A stretch of DNA of 64,000 bases from Felis catus (GCF_018350175.1 NC_058368.1:230394001-230458000), one strand, 5' to 3'. Positions 38,937-53,114 are shown, counted from the stretch's first letter. A program made the numbers and translations. The notes: generated by a model from the sequence alone, not told the origin.

Positions 38937-39160
38937 TTTAAATTTTTTTTAATGTTTAGTTATTTTTGAGAAAGAGAGACAGAGTGTGAGCAGGGGAGGG
39001 GCAGAGAGAGACAGAGGGACAGAGAGACAGAGAATATGAAGCAGGCTTCAGGCTCTGAGCTGTCAGCACAGAGCCCAACATGGGGCTCGAACCCACAAAT
39101 CGTGAGATCATGACCTGAACTGAAGTCAGATGCTTAACTGACTAAGCCCCCAGGCACCCC
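38937..39160 (-). mobile_element. CanSINE
   Basis: TSD tggtcacctcttttt. Confidence 0.93.
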
Positions 39161-40169
39161 TGGTCACCTCTTTTTATATGAGAAATTAGCTTCAGCTATC
39201 AAATCTGCACCCCAAGTATTTGAAGATCTTGCATATTAAACACACATTTTGATAATAAGCCTGATTCCTCTAGGAAAACAGTGCTGATTTTACTTTCCTA
39301 ATTCCCAACACACCTCTGGGAAGTTGCCTTAGCATCCTGGCTCCAATCAAGTATTTTTTGGTGTTGTTTTTAAAGAAATGGCATTGTCAGTTCTAGTGGG
39401 GAAAAAAAAGTTTACCAAAGCCTATTTTAGGTTGGTAGGGGAATTGAATATTAATAATATATAGATACTATTTTTAAGGAACCCACAACCTACCAGACAA
39501 ACAGCATACAAACCGGGTAATATGGCACCGTGTGTTAAGCACAATGGTGACACAAAACCCAGCCTGTGGAGTCAGAGAAAACTGCCTGCTTCCTAAAGTG
39601 ATTACACTGAATTTTAAATTAGAAGTTGCAAGAAGAATATAGCCTTAGCCATACCCACTTAGAATTAATGGAAGACGGCTTGGATTTGGGGATATCAGTC
39701 CTTTGGAGTCTGTGTGTGTGTGTGTATGCATGTGTGTGCACACGCATACACATATCCATGTAGTTTCAATGTGTTTGTACCATTTACACTAATCTGTTTT
39801 TCCAAATTGGCACCGTCTTTCTTGAGTGATGATAACATAGAAATTGGTTTCAAAAAAAGAAAGAAAGAAAGAAATTGGTTTCTGTGTATACCCATACCAT
39901 CCCCCTCCCCCGTAATTTTTATTTTATTTGGAGTGATTTGGAACATTCCATATGTTAAAAAAAATTGACTTGTTCCTGTCTACTACACTTAAAGACCTTC
40001 ATCATTTCTATTTTATCCTGGTTCTTTCTACCTCATATAGTTCGAGAGGAGGTGCAATCCATCTTTTCAGTTGATTACCTTTGAGCCATTTCTTGTCTTC
40101 TTCATCATAAATTGTTCTGCATTTTTAAAGAAAGAGCTTCTATGAGTTGCTCGATGTGAGTCGAGAGTG

Positions 40170-40390
40170 TACCACTGAGTTACAAACACAGGCTCTGGAG
40201 CCACGCTGCCTGCCCTTGAACCCTGACTCTTCTGCTTTCTAACTCTGGGATCTTGGGCAAGTTTCTGTACCTCTCTGAGCATCAGACTCCCAGACCATCA
40301 AATGGCACGGAGAATCCACATCACTGCAGCGAGGAGGCGCATAGACCGCCAGCCAGCATAAGTGCTTAAGGAATGTGGGTTATTGTTAGT
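40170..40390 (+). mobile_element. MIR
   Basis: acaggctctggagcca...tcttgggcaagtttctgtacctctctgagcatcag. Confidence 0.7.
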
Positions 40391-40719
40391 ATATGTTGAA
40401 AATATAAACTAAGGAAGTCTCTTCCAAACTGTTAAATGTAAAACCAGTCTCCTCGTGTTAGAGACAGAATGGTTTATATATTCTGCTTTACTTGTATTTT
40501 TACCATTCACATTTTGAAATCTACTGTTGTCAACTAAAGAAATGGAAAGCACATGTTGTGTGTGGCTGTATGCCAAGCCACTGTTGAAACGAGTGGATTC
40601 AACCACGGGGCCTTTAGGAAGTTAGAATCAAAGAACCATTTTTGTGTGGCAACATAAAACAACACACAAACGGGTCCAAATGCTTCACACACTGATACTG
40701 TGTGGAGGTGGAACTCAGG

Positions 40720-41085
40720 AGTACGTGCATTCGGCAGACATTCCCCGATCAGCTGTAAAGTTCCAGGCTCTGTTCTTGGCCCTGACATCCCAGCAGTGAA
40801 CACACTAGAGTCAGGTGCGCCACTGGGAGGCAAGAGTGAACAAAGATGGAAATCTATGACGTGTGAGATGGTGTCATGAAGAAAACACAGCATGGGAACT
40901 AGGGTCAGGGGTGAGGGCATGTGGAGGCAGGGATCACTGCAATCTTACAGAAGGTGATCGGGAAGGTCATCTCTGAGAAGCGGTGCTGGAGCAGTGCCCG
41001 AAGGCTGAGAGAAAGAGAGAGAGAACCATGGAGTCAGCTCTCTGAGCAGGAGTGTTCCATGCAGAAACCAGATAAGCCCAAGACA
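40720..41085 (-). mobile_element. L2 fragment
   Basis: ccaggctctgttcttggc...cagcagtgaaca...gggaaggtcatctctgagaag. Confidence 0.55.
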
Positions 41086-41099
41086 GGAGCGTGCTTCTT

Positions 41100-41503
41100 T
41101 GTGTACTTTCTTGTGGCTGCTGTAACAAAGTAGGACAAACAGGGTGACTTAAAACAACAGAAGTCCAAGATCAAGGTGTCGGCAGGGCCAGGCTTCCTCT
41201 GAGACTCTGGGTAGAATGAAGAACGCTTGCCTCTTCCAGCTTCTGGTGGTGGCCCTCAATCCTTGCAATTCCTCGGCTTCTAGCTACATCCCTACAATCT
41301 GTGCCTTTGACATCCCAGGGCCTTCTCTGTATGTGAATCTGTGTGTTTCTTCCCCTCTCTTATAAGGGTAGCAGTCATATTAGATTAGGGCCCACACTGA
41401 TGATCTCATCTCAACTTGATTACATCTGCAAAGACCCTATTTCCCGCTAAGTCACACTAGTTAGGATTAACCTATCTTTTGGCTGGCACAATTCAACTTA
41501 TAA
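41100..41503 (-). mobile_element. MLT1-family solo LTR (inside L2)
   Basis: gtggctgctgtaacaaag...cttaaaacaacag...aagtccaagatcaaggtgtcggcagggc...ttacatctgcaaagaccctatttcc. Confidence 0.85.
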
Positions 41504-43314
41504 TGAGGAGCAGCCAGAAGTGTGGTTGGAACCTAGAGAGAGGGCTCGAAGATGAGGTCAGAGAGGTAACTCAGTCCAGGGCTGCGTTACATAGGTCTGG
41601 CAAGCTGAAGGTCTTACCATCCACGAAGAGAAATCCGGGGCCTGCTTTTTGGCAGAGTGGTTGAGAAAGCAGTGCATTTCAAGAAAGAATGCTTGGAGAT
41701 TTTTGGAATCCATTAAATGGCCACAGGAGAGGGTAGCTGGTGATAGGAAAGATCGGGAGAAGGTGAGTGTATAAATGAGGTGGGTAGGATTGCCCCGGCC
41801 CATGTAAAAGGGTGTGCTTGTAAGAGGCAGTCAAAAAAGGAGGAAGGTAACCTCAGGTGGCCTCTTGGAGTGACCGCAAAGTGGTTAAGAAAGTGTGATA
41901 AAAACAAAGTGACTTACTAGATCTGAAAGAAGTCTGGGTAGCTTCTGAGAGGACTCTAGTGTCGAGGACAAAGACTTAGAATCTCAGTGAGTGGGAGGGG
42001 TGGAGGGGGCGGACCATGACCTTCCAGGACAACAGTATGAGAAGTGGCCCGGAGGCAGAAGGGGGAGCATGAGGAGTGGGTGACTGGGAAGGTAGTAGTG
42101 TCCTATGCACGCAGCCAGCCAGCAGGAAACAGCTGAGTGACAGGTGGTGGGTCTGCATAAAGAAAAAGGGAGAGACAGTGACCCTACACACGGAGCTCTA
42201 AGACATGTTGCCAGAGTGATCCATGATCTCATTGCATTTAAATACCACCATGGCGGAAAGAGAGAGTACAGAGTGTGATAAGGGCTGGGCGCACTGGTCG
42301 GAAGACAAAGATTGGCTCTGGGTCGTGGGGAGGAGTTGGCACCGTGGAGAAGTTCAGGCTTCCCGGGGATTTCAGCTCTTGTGGACACAGGAGAGGCGGT
42401 ATAGGACCCATGCCGAGCACCGCTGCGCCCGGAAGCTGGGACTGAATGAATGAAGACAGCCCAACATATATGTTTTTCGTTTTCACGAAGGCTTGGTCTT
42501 TCACACATGACAAGGGATAGAAGAGGGGGAATCGTGAGTTTTTGGACCAGTGCTTCCAGCAGAAAGGCCCATGAGTCACCCTCAGTGGCATAGATGGCAA
42601 GTGGACAGTATTGCTAACAGGCTGGGACAGAACTACAGCTAAGAAGGACAGATACGATCGCACAGACGTTTGCATCCAGCTGGTGGCCGTGCCCCCGTGC
42701 TGGGGGCGCTGAGTCAGAATCGCGGCCTTTTGGAAAATGTGGGGAGAAGCAGAGACAAAGGCATCCAGAGGCACCAAATAGTGGCGGTGCAGTGGCCTTC
42801 CATACTTAAGGGCAAATAGGACCTGAGGAAACGGCCAGGATGTCTGGGGCTCGGTGGCCCTCTGTCCGTCCCTGCCACATACCTTCCGTCCACGTCCTGT
42901 GCTTCTGCCTCTCTGCCCTGCTGGTTCCATCTCTTGCCCCTTTGAGCTCTTCTCACTCCTCCTAAATTTGCGCCTGTCACAGCCCCCATCACCCATCCAG
43001 AGGTTTGTCCTGGCCTTGGTGACTTTTTTCCAAGTGCTGAGGAGACCGAGGGCTTCTCTGGCCCACGGTCTCTCCTCCCCGGTGTCAAGGGATCAGACAT
43101 CAGTGTGACAGTTCTGTGTGACTCACCTGATAAGTGCCTTCTGCTGGCCCCAGGGGTCACCGAATAGACACAGCAGCAGGGATGGTCCCCCATTAGGAAG
43201 TAAGTCGATCTGTACCAGAATCCAGTTCAAAGAGGGCCCAGTTCTTGACAGGAAACTCCCGCAGTAGACACAAAACTGGTTTGGTGGCCTCTTCCATTAA
43301 GAAGTTGAACAAAA

Positions 43315-43530
43315 GGGGTACCTGGGTGGCTCAGTCAGTTGAGCATCCCACTTTGGCTCAGGTCATGATCTCATGGTTTGTGGGTTCGAGCCCCGCATTG
43401 GGCTCTGTGCAGACAGCTCAGAGCCTGGAGCCTGCTTCGGATTCTGTGTGTGTATCTCCCTCTCTCTCTGCCCCTCCCCCCCACACACTCTGTCTTTCTG
43501 CCTCTCAAAAATAAAGAAAACTAATAAATT
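43315..43530 (+). mobile_element. CanSINE
   Basis: Head/body/tail recognisable. Confidence 0.92.
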
Positions 43531-43943
43531 TTTTTTTTCAGTTTAACAAGAGACCTGGGAAAGAGAAGCAAAGCATGTTGGGAAAAGACTGGACATAGGA
43601 CGGGAACAGCCCATAGTTTGTAGGTGGCAGTGAAAACTGAAGACTCACGTCTCATTTCCAGACTGGCTGTCAGCTTGGCTTCCAAGCTGGTGACTTATCT
43701 GGTGCCACCAGAGCACAGGGCGGGAGAGAGCACAGAGGTTCAGTCAGATCTAAGGAGCAAGGACCGTGTTTCCTCTAGTTTAAGGTCCCTTCAAGGAAGG
43801 CCAACTATGGCAGGAGAGAAGAGACAGCACGCGGTGAAGGAAGGCATGGGCATCAGAAGTGCAGTGGGGGACAGAGCCACCTGCCACACACGGTCTATAG
43901 CTGTGGGCCACACAGACGGAGACCAACGTTCAGAGACAGCCTT

Positions 43944-44156
43944 GGGCACCTGGGTGGCTCAGTCTGTTAAGTATCCAACTTAGGCTCAGGTCATGATCTC
44001 ATGGTTCAGTTCATGAGTTCGAGCCCTGCATCGGGCTCCACGCTGGCAGTACGGAGTCTGCTTGGGATTCCCCTTCTCTCCTCTCTCTCTGCCCCTCCCC
44101 CACTCACGCTTTTTCTCTCTCAGAATAAATAAATAAAACTTAAAAAAAAAAAAAAA
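43944..44156 (+). mobile_element. CanSINE
   Basis: Head/body/polyA; degenerate TSD aga(ca/tg)gcctt. Confidence 0.92.
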
Positions 44157-47100
44157 GATGGCCTTGGGGTCTGCCTTTATGTGAAGAAACCTCTCTTCTC
44201 CCCCTCTTCCCCGCCAACAAAAGTGGAAGAACAAGGTGGCAGGAGGAAGGTGGGAAGCTTGCCCCCCCCCGCCCCCCGCCCGGGGAAGCTGGTAACTTGT
44301 CCAGTCCTCAGGGAAGGTGGGATATTGGAGGAGGGGGAGGGAGCCAAGACCGAAGTTGTAAGTTGGATAGGCTTCATTCTTTGAAACTGGAATGAGACTA
44401 TTTCCATAACCAAAAGTGAATGAAAGTTAAGGAATCAGACTGATGTGTTGACATGTAACCAGCCTACAGTGAGAGTCCTAATTAAAACCACCAGGTACAG
44501 AAGGTTCTCTTTTCAAGACAGTGATGAGTCAGAGAGCTGTCTCCAAAGCTGGGTCATGACTCGGGAACAGTGACGCAGCAGGTATTTTTTTTTTTTTTTC
44601 TAATCTCTGACAGTTCCTTGCTGCGTTTGCTAAAATTTGCTCTAGGTTATTTTAACTTTGTTTCTTCTTTGGGCCATGCTCTTCTTCTATTTTAATGGGT
44701 TGTCTTTGTACCTGCCCACCCGGGGAATGGTTCGTATCCTTCCCAGTAATTAACAAAAGAAACAAATGACCCATCCGAACGTCAGTCGATTCCTGTATGT
44801 ATCACAGGTAGGAGCCAGGCTCTAACCAGAGGCCTCTCGCCAATGATTTTTCTCTCGGCAAATGTCTGAATGGGATCTCCTGCATCATAATTTAGAAAGG
44901 AAGATCTGTAACTAAAGAACCAACCCTTCCTTCAGGGGCATAGACCAGCTTTATGTCCAACATCAACCTCAGCTGACCTTTATGGTAGCGTCCTTTTCTT
45001 CACTCCTGGGAGAGGTCACAGAAGAACCTTGACCTCTGTCCTCCTGCTGACCCTTGGCTCCTGAGGGCTGCCTACTTGCCAACATGGGCTTTGTTTCCTA
45101 TTGAGCAGTCTCTCAACTGTTGAACCAAGGAGGAGGCGTTTTGTTGGCCTGTCTTCCTTTGGATCTTTCCCTTCCAGTCTCCAGGTTTTCCTGGCACACA
45201 GACTAGAGAGAACGTTTTGTCAGGATGCTGATACAAACGACACGAGAACCCTCCACGCCAGGTCTGTGCACACGCGGCTTATAGCGTGCACTCCTTCTCC
45301 CTCCCCAGATTCCATTGCGGTTCGGTGCTTTCCTCTATTTCAGCAACCTCTGTTCTGTTAATCCACTGTCAGTAAATGATCTTGCACGTGCCCTTTTTTG
45401 AGCCTCTGACTACTTACTTCTCCAGCTTCAGCAAGGCTACTTCTCCATTTCATTCTGAATCCAGAGTTTGGATCTCCTCATACTGATGGCACTTGCGAAT
45501 GCGTTAGCGACCTGCTCTCTGCACACTTGGATGCAGCATCTTGGAAACCTTTAACATGGCGGGAGTCAGATCCCATGGAGGACAAGAGCCCCCCTGACTT
45601 CAGCTGTTGCCTCAGTTGACGAGAGTGTATGCAAATTTCTAATCCCCCGTATTTCAGCCACTCAAAATCATATTCTTATTGGAAGAAATGTGTCTTTATA
45701 CCACAACTATCCCATAGATGTTTTGTTACGTCTCTTCCCTATTGGGTGCACTTCATCATTACAAATTTTTTTTTTAATGTTTCAAGAAAAGCTGTAGGTG
45801 ATCATTATAAGATGACTATTCTTTCTTGGTAGTTCCAGTGCACTTTTTAACCAAACCTCTAATATAAGTGAAAGAAAAAAAAAAACATCTATTTTGTTAA
45901 GAGCCCTTCAAAATTCAAATTGCTCTCCTGTATTTACGATCCTTTTTAATTAATTTGCCTCTTGAATAAAAAGTAAAACACTGAGTAGGCATTAGGTCTT
46001 TTGTTATTTGTATTTAACTTTATGTATGCAAAGAATTCTGCATTTCCTTCGAATCTGTAAGGGCGGCCTTCAGTTTCCAAAGATTGCTTGAAAGAAAGTC
46101 TTACAATTGACAAAGTATTTCCCCTGGAAACGTGGTATATAAGAAGACCAGCCTCCCCAGGACGGCTCACAAATGCCTCATTAACCCAAAATATATGAAT
46201 TATAACAGTGGGTGAATAATACTGTATAATATCCAGTCTCTTTGTATTCGTGGGGGAAGGCAAAAAAAGTGTTCTGAAGGCTAGGAATTCATCTCTGGCA
46301 TTCTACTGCTTAGCACCCAGTGCTCCCCACACAGTCCCTGTGGATTCTGGGGGGAGAATGGAGACCATCCTTACTGCAAAGCATTTAAGTGATGGAATCT
46401 GCTGTCTGGACCAGGGGCCCAAGGAAGGCAGAGGCAGATGAGAGGGAGCAGGGAGACAATGGCAGAGCCATTTCTGGAAGGGGTGCATAAGCTTTCAGAG
46501 ACCCTAGTGTGTGGACAGAATGAAGGGGATCCGAGGATGACGGACAGAAACTGGAGACTGGAAAATAGAGGTGAGGAGTGGACACTCCTAGCCGCACTAC
46601 GTGCAAGTCCCAGTGACATCCCCCAGACCTGATTGGACTCTCCCTGCCACTCCCTTCATTTTAATTCCACTTTTCCTACTGTCCTTTTCTGTTGCTGCCT
46701 CCTGTAGCCAGTTTCTCTTTTCTCTGGTCCACAGGGGAGGAAGATCATCTTCCCAGCCGCCCCCTGTTCTTTCACGTATAATGCAAATACACTCGATCCT
46801 GACATTTGACTAGATCCCTCCTACCCTCACAGGCGATGAGCGTACCAGGAATAAAAGGTTTCCCTCATAAACATCACACTTCTAGTTTTCATTCACATCT
46901 TGAGGACACAAATAACGTCACGTTGGTAAATGGTAAAATGGTGGCGTGTACATTTGGGCAGAAAGCTTTCCTAAGATTCTTTCATAGACAGAGCTGTCTG
47001 GGGACTCCCCAGGGAGCAGCCAGGTGGTGCTGGGGAAGTGGGGTGAGAACTGGGCCCCCTATTTGCAGGCTGAAATAGCCCCACCCTATTCCAAGAGATG

Positions 47101-49269
47101 TTGAAATCCGATCACTGGGAAAAGCACTCTGTCAACAGAGACTCTGAAATTTCATCAAAGTTCTTTCAGTAAAGGGTGTTTTCTGAATTCATGTTACACT
47201 GGCTATTCCTTCTTTCTGTTGACGACGATAACCCAGAGTCACCCTGTCCATACCACACGTACGACTAGTTGTTTCCAGTGGTCCCCTGGAAGGTATCTCT
47301 GTTCGGAAGCACACCTATCAGCTCTGGCATGGAAGGCACCATTTCTTTCCTCTCTTGCTGCTCCTGACAGAGAAGGTGCCTCATGCCCATGGAGGCAATG
47401 ACGGCACCCACAAGCAAGCCACCGTTTTTCCAGTTGCTGCCTCCTGTATCGGCCTGCCAAGCACACCTGACGCTATCATATCACTGTATTTCACCCAACT
47501 CTGTCACTCTTCCCAGGCACTGTTGCCCCTTCTAATGACTACCATCATCCCCTTGCATCAACCATCGCTTTTATGGCACACGTGATAGATCTTTCAAAGG
47601 CTGAAAATGTCAAAAGCAGTGAGAATATCTCCATACCACTCCTGATTGGGGGTTTCTGATTTTTTCGCATGGCTAAAAATAAGTAAAGTAGAGACCACTT
47701 ACTTATTTTACTTACAGCCTCCAGATTTTGTGTGGTCCAATGTAGGACTCCGAGGGAGACTGATCCAAGAGTTAAAAATCACGATCTGTCTAGAATCGTC
47801 CCTCTTCCCAACCATTAAGTCTTTGCTACTGGATCCAGCTGCCTGGCCCTCCCTTCTCTCAGTTCCACCTACAAACACATATCTGGAATCTAGCCCCTAG
47901 ACCTTGTTGGACATGCCCCAAAAGGTCTAAAGAACAGCAGATGCACCATTTAGGCTCAACCCCCTTGCCATGTACTTGAGTTTGCAGAGAAACTCAGCCA
48001 TACAAAGCAGAAGAATGTGTCTTATCTCCAGCAGGTAGTGATTAAGCTCCCCAGCCTCCCAGATTCTTATGGGGTACACACAGCACTATTAATATCAACC
48101 ATGCAGGTAAGTGTCAAAAGTGATATTGATACATAGACTCTTAAGACCGTTTGGGGCAAGCATGGAAACTGAAGGAAAGGAGATGATTCTATAATGCCAT
48201 CTTGGTGGCCAGATGATTCTTAGTAGGAGACCATACAACCTTATATATGTAAAGGAAAAGAACTATTTCAGTGGGACGTGTCCACTATCCCCTTGATTAT
48301 AGGTGATCTGCAGCATTATGTTGTATAAAAATTAGAATCCGAAGGAAAAAGGTTGCTTCCATTGGCTCTTACCAAACAAGCAGGGATATCTGAGGCTTTT
48401 AACAAGGAAATAAAATCTGACCTATAAAAAAATATGAAAACTGAACTTGGCATGCCAGTATCTCTGTTGCAGACAGGTGTGTCAGAGATGTGATGAGTGA
48501 ACTTACCTCTTGGGAGAATGTTCTCTTTAAAAGAGTAATCTGCCTTCCTTTATTCTCGTCTGTCATTATTAGGCATGTCCAGAGGGCCATGGAAGTGGGA
48601 CTCTAGAAGTTTGGGGGCAAAGGAGCAAGGCAGTTTTTCCAAGGAATATAGACAAGTATTCAGGTAAAAATTATTGCCGGGGATACGGACACAGAGTGAG
48701 CCAAAGACTAGTAGTCTCCAGTGAATATTAGTGATATCAGAGTTTAAGTAGAATAAGAATTAATCACAGGTGGTGGCTTGCAGCCAAATCCAAGACCATG
48801 TCCCTCTGGCCTGGGTGAAAACTGTGATGTTGGAGACTTACCACAAGGGTAGAGTTACCTGTATTTTCTCCAACCCCATCATTGCCCCTCGTAAAAGGCA
48901 ATATCGAGAACCGGAAGCCAACTTGATTGATCTGTGACCATGCCCCAAATCAAATGGGAGAAAATATCTTTATGACTCAAACAATGGATGGTAGGGTGAT
49001 TTGAGGAGCCCTCTCTAAGAAAATCGTCATATTTCTTAAAGTTATAATAAGTGGAAGATGTCCAAGAGAAAGTTAAGGCGCTGTAGCCTGACTTCACATA
49101 AAGGGGGAATCTGGATCCTGTGGTTAAACTGGCATAAATAGTCATGAGAAAACGAGGACTCATAAGCTATGGGAAAGCTGGGCAAAAATGGAGCAGGGCA
49201 GCCTAAGACAAATTAGATCTGGGAGGTGTTTGTATGGTCATTAATAAAAGAAGGAAACCAAATACAGGT

Positions 49270-49754
49270 TGTATTCGCTTTTTCTTGCCACTGTAACAAA
49301 TTAGTACAGACTTAGTGGCTTAATACAGCAGAACTGTATTAAGGGAGGTCAGAAATCTGAAATCAGTCACTGGGCTGAAGTCCAGGTGTGAGCAGGGCTA
49401 TGCTACACAGCCCTGTATGGAGAACCAGTTTCCTTGCTCTCCCAGCTTCTGGAAGCTACCAGTACTCCTTGGCTGTGTGGCTTCTTCCTCCACCTTTCAA
49501 GGTTGTTCCAACCTCTGCTTCCATCATTACATCTCTCTCCTCTGACTCTGACCCTCCTGCCTCCATCTTATAAGGACTCTTAGGATTACCTTGGGCCCAC
49601 CCCGATACTCCAGAATAATCTTCAATCTCAAATTCCTTAATTTAATTACAGCAACCAAGGCCCTTCTGCTCTGTGGGGTCTTTATATGTAATATATTCAC
49701 AGGTTTCAGGGATTTTCCCATCTTTGTGTGAGGGAAATTATTTAGCCTACCACA
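49270..49754 (-). mobile_element. MLT1D-like solo LTR
   Basis: tgtattcgcttt...ctgactctgaccctcctgcctcc...tcaaattccttaatttaattaca...tttagcctaccaca. Confidence 0.85.
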
Positions 49755-50551
49755 TAAGTCCTTCTTCACTGATAGATAAACTTAAATGTCTTTCAAGAAA
49801 AACAAAATCCGAATAGGTGTTCTTCCCTTTTCCACAAAGTTCTGGAAAATTTCTCGTATTTGTGCTTCACTTCACTGATCTGCAAAAGACCCTAATGGAG
49901 GCTAAGAAAGACATGAAACACAATAATCCTGGGAAAAGATTTGAATTCAACTCTTGTAATGGCAGAAGGAACAGATATGAGTGGAAGGAATTATAGCGTA
50001 AAGAGGGGTGAGGAGGACCTAGTGGCCAGGTAGCCCTCTGCAGGAGGGTGGCGGGAGGTCACTCTTGTCACATTCCGAGCAGGAGAATTGGGGCTGCATG
50101 CTGAGGCCTGTTGGATTGGCAAAAGGCTGGGAAACCCTATTTTCTGAGCTTAATCAATGAAGTTTTGCCTGGCCATTGTACTAAAGAATTGGAGGTTGTT
50201 TGAAGGGAGCATGGAAAGGTAGCTGTTCAAAAACAAAAGGTGACTGTTCATACCACTGGCCCAGACATAGCACATGTGCAGACCACAGTGAGTTTAGGCT
50301 CCGTAACACATGAGAGGAGCAGCTGTGGTAAAATGATGCTGGAAGCCAGTTGTGAGTGTATAAAGTCATGAGAGTCCCTTGGCAGCCAAGAGCCAACATT
50401 CTCAAAACTAAACCAAGAAAGATTTCTTGGAGAGGTTCTGGCAATTTCCGCATTAACATGGGGACAGTAGAGACTGGTACCCTGGCTCGCAACACCTCCT
50501 TATGTGAAAGACTTACTTGACCGAAGCAGTCAACTTTTCTAGATTAGCTTT

Positions 50552-51167
50552 ATAGATTATCAGGATCTAAATAGAACGGCTCTCCCATTCTATTGGGAGA
50601 ATACTATTCATACTGTCAATGGCTTTGACAGTATCCAATATAGTTCAAGTTAATAAGGAAGCTCGATAGGCACTAGAGAGTTCAGTACTGTCATTGATCC
50701 GGAAATTTTTTTTCCCAATCCCAGTTTCTAAGGAAAAAAAAAATCTCGATTTGCCTTTACCTGAAAGACCATAGATTCTATTTTAACAGTTCTTGCACAA
50801 TGGTATGTTAATTCCCTCACCAGTAACCAGAATTCCTATGAAGGGACTCAAACTTACTGATATAAAAGATATTCTAATCTACAGCTTTGAAGATTAATGA
50901 TAATTGGGCTTAGAGAAGAACAGGCTGACAAATGGAACTGGCATAACTCATGACAAAGTGAGAGTAGCTTGTAAATTCTGCAGATTTGTAACGGGGTAAA
51001 CTAACAGAAAATTTGAAGAATCAGGGATCTTTCCCAAATGATGAAAAATATTCCCCAGATGCACCCCTAAAATGAATAAGAAATGTAATACTTGTAGAAC
51101 TCCTTGGGTCCTGGAGAAGTCATATATTTGGGGATATTATAAAATGACCCCAAAGAGCAGAAGCTTC
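50552..51167 (+). pseudogene. Decayed class III (ERV-L-like) endogenous retrovirus pol / reverse transcriptase fossil
   Basis: Collinear degenerate RT motifs: IDYQDLNRTALP (50552), TVIDPEIFF/PIPVSKE (50687), RFAFT*...TVLAQWYVNS (50747-50815), ILIYSFED/MIIGL (50871), LVELLGSWRSHI (51091), YKMTPKSRSF (51138). Stops and frameshifts are present. Confidence 0.8.
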
Positions 51168-52879
51168 TTTAGGTATTCAGTGGATAAGAGTACTGAATGT
51201 AACCATGAATGCCTAAGGTGTACAAGGTGCTTTCCCCAAACAGTGACAAATACTCAAAGAGGTTGGAACATCATGCCCAAAGCCAGTAGGAGCAACAGAA
51301 AAACAGCCTGAAGGCTGACCATGCTGACTTAGTCTCCACCATTAGATACTCACTTTTTGAAATGGCAAGTGGCTTGCTAATAGAGATTGCTTGCATCCCT
51401 GAAAGACATTTGAGACCTAGAATTCCTGTTAGACGTTGGAGAACCTCAGAAAACACTGACAACATAGAGTCTGTTCCAACACTCTGATTAAATGCAGGGT
51501 TTTGCTGGAACACTCTTAAGTGGGGTTATACCAGAGGCATCCACCAGATGCATAAACAGGATCCCTCATAACTGAGATTCTCCTGCTTTATCTCCTCTGG
51601 TGTTTCACCCTCAGTGGAAGAAGTCATGGGACCGACCTGCGATTCCTTGTCAGAGCAAGTCCAGCAGTAACAGGACTTGGAGGCAAGAACACTAAACAGT
51701 GGAGGAGGAACACCTTTGGGGGGCTGCCTCCTTCCAATCTCTTTTATAGGAGAGAACTTGAATAGAACAAAAATCAAAACCACAGCGCCAGAGCGTGTCT
51801 TCCTAGTTGGCCAGGTTGTATTCTTTTGAATGACCTTTTGAAAAGGTGCCAGTGACAGTGAGTCATTCGTTACTCATTTAGACAGGGTCAGCCATCCAGT
51901 GTGCAACCCGCCACATTAAGAAGACTTTTTCCTTCGACTAAGTTTGTTGGCTTTATCATACGATTCCATTTCATCTTGACCACTTGGTCTCAAAAGCAAG
52001 CGCGCTGATCATATGCTGGGAAAGCGCCAACTCTCATGAAAATCTCCTTTCAACATTTTCAAAGTAAATCGTAATTTCCTTAATTTTCTCATTCAGATTT
52101 GCCATTTCCCCACCCCTGCAAAGATGGGCATCTATATTAATAAATACCACACAATTTCTCATATTTTCTTTAAAAGTTTCCAAAGCTGATGTTTTCCCCT
52201 TTTTTGCTAAGTCTACAAGATCTAGATTTAATTTTTCTGCTACAAGAGAGGAATCAATAGATGATAATTTGTTTTGCAATTTAGATTTTTTCATTTTAGT
52301 GTCCTAAACCCTGAAAAGTGTCAGCAGAATGTGAAGATTTTGAATTACGAATAATCTTCCTTATTGTTCTGACTTTTATCTGTCTCTCTACCATTGAGCC
52401 CAAGTTCATCTAATGGAAATTGGATATTCAGCCATGGGCATGAGTACTACACGATTTCGCATGATTTTATATCTTTTTTGCATTAAGGAAAACAAGCCAT
52501 CTGCATATCTATAATTAGCTAATATATTCAGCATTGGCTCCTGTAAACAAGATGCAGGTGTAAGTAGGGCTGAAGCATTTTGTGCCTAGTGTTGGCTTTT
52601 ACTTGTGGGAAAAATTACTCTCACTTGTGAAATAAAAAGATAAGAGTTAGAAGAAAAACCTTTTTAATTGTGTAAAATGTTTGCTGAACTAGTGGCCTAT
52701 TTATAGCTGTATGATACTCCAAGATCTCATCTTAGGCACCAGAAATCTTTGTTCTTAAGTACTAATTTGCTTGGCATAGGACATTTGTGCCAACAGGTGG
52801 ACTGTAAAAATTGGCTTTGTTTCAGAATTGTGAAGTTTAGGGTAAAAAATGCGTTCTGTCAAAAAATAACATGGTATAT

Positions 52880-53110
52880 GGGGCGCCTGGGTGGTTCAGT
52901 CAGTTAAGCATCCGACTTGATCTCGGCTCAGGTCATGATGTCACGGTTCATGGGATCAAGCCCTGCATTGGGCTCTGAGCTGACAGCATGGAGCCTGCTT
53001 GGGATTCACTCTTCCTTTCTCTCTTCCCCTCCCCAACTTGTGCTCACTCACGCTCTCACTCTCTCTCTCAAACTAAGTAAGTAAACATTAAAATAATAAT
53101 AACAATAATA
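52880..53110 (+). mobile_element. CanSINE (older subfamily)
   Basis: Head/body with (AAT)n tail. Confidence 0.92.
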
Positions 53111-53114
53111 ATAG

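Noticed and set aside
42238..42996. Longest ORF (252 aa, minus strand)
   Set aside because: No recognisable domain or exon structure; overlapping ORFs in several frames point to a GC-richer, stop-poor intronic region.
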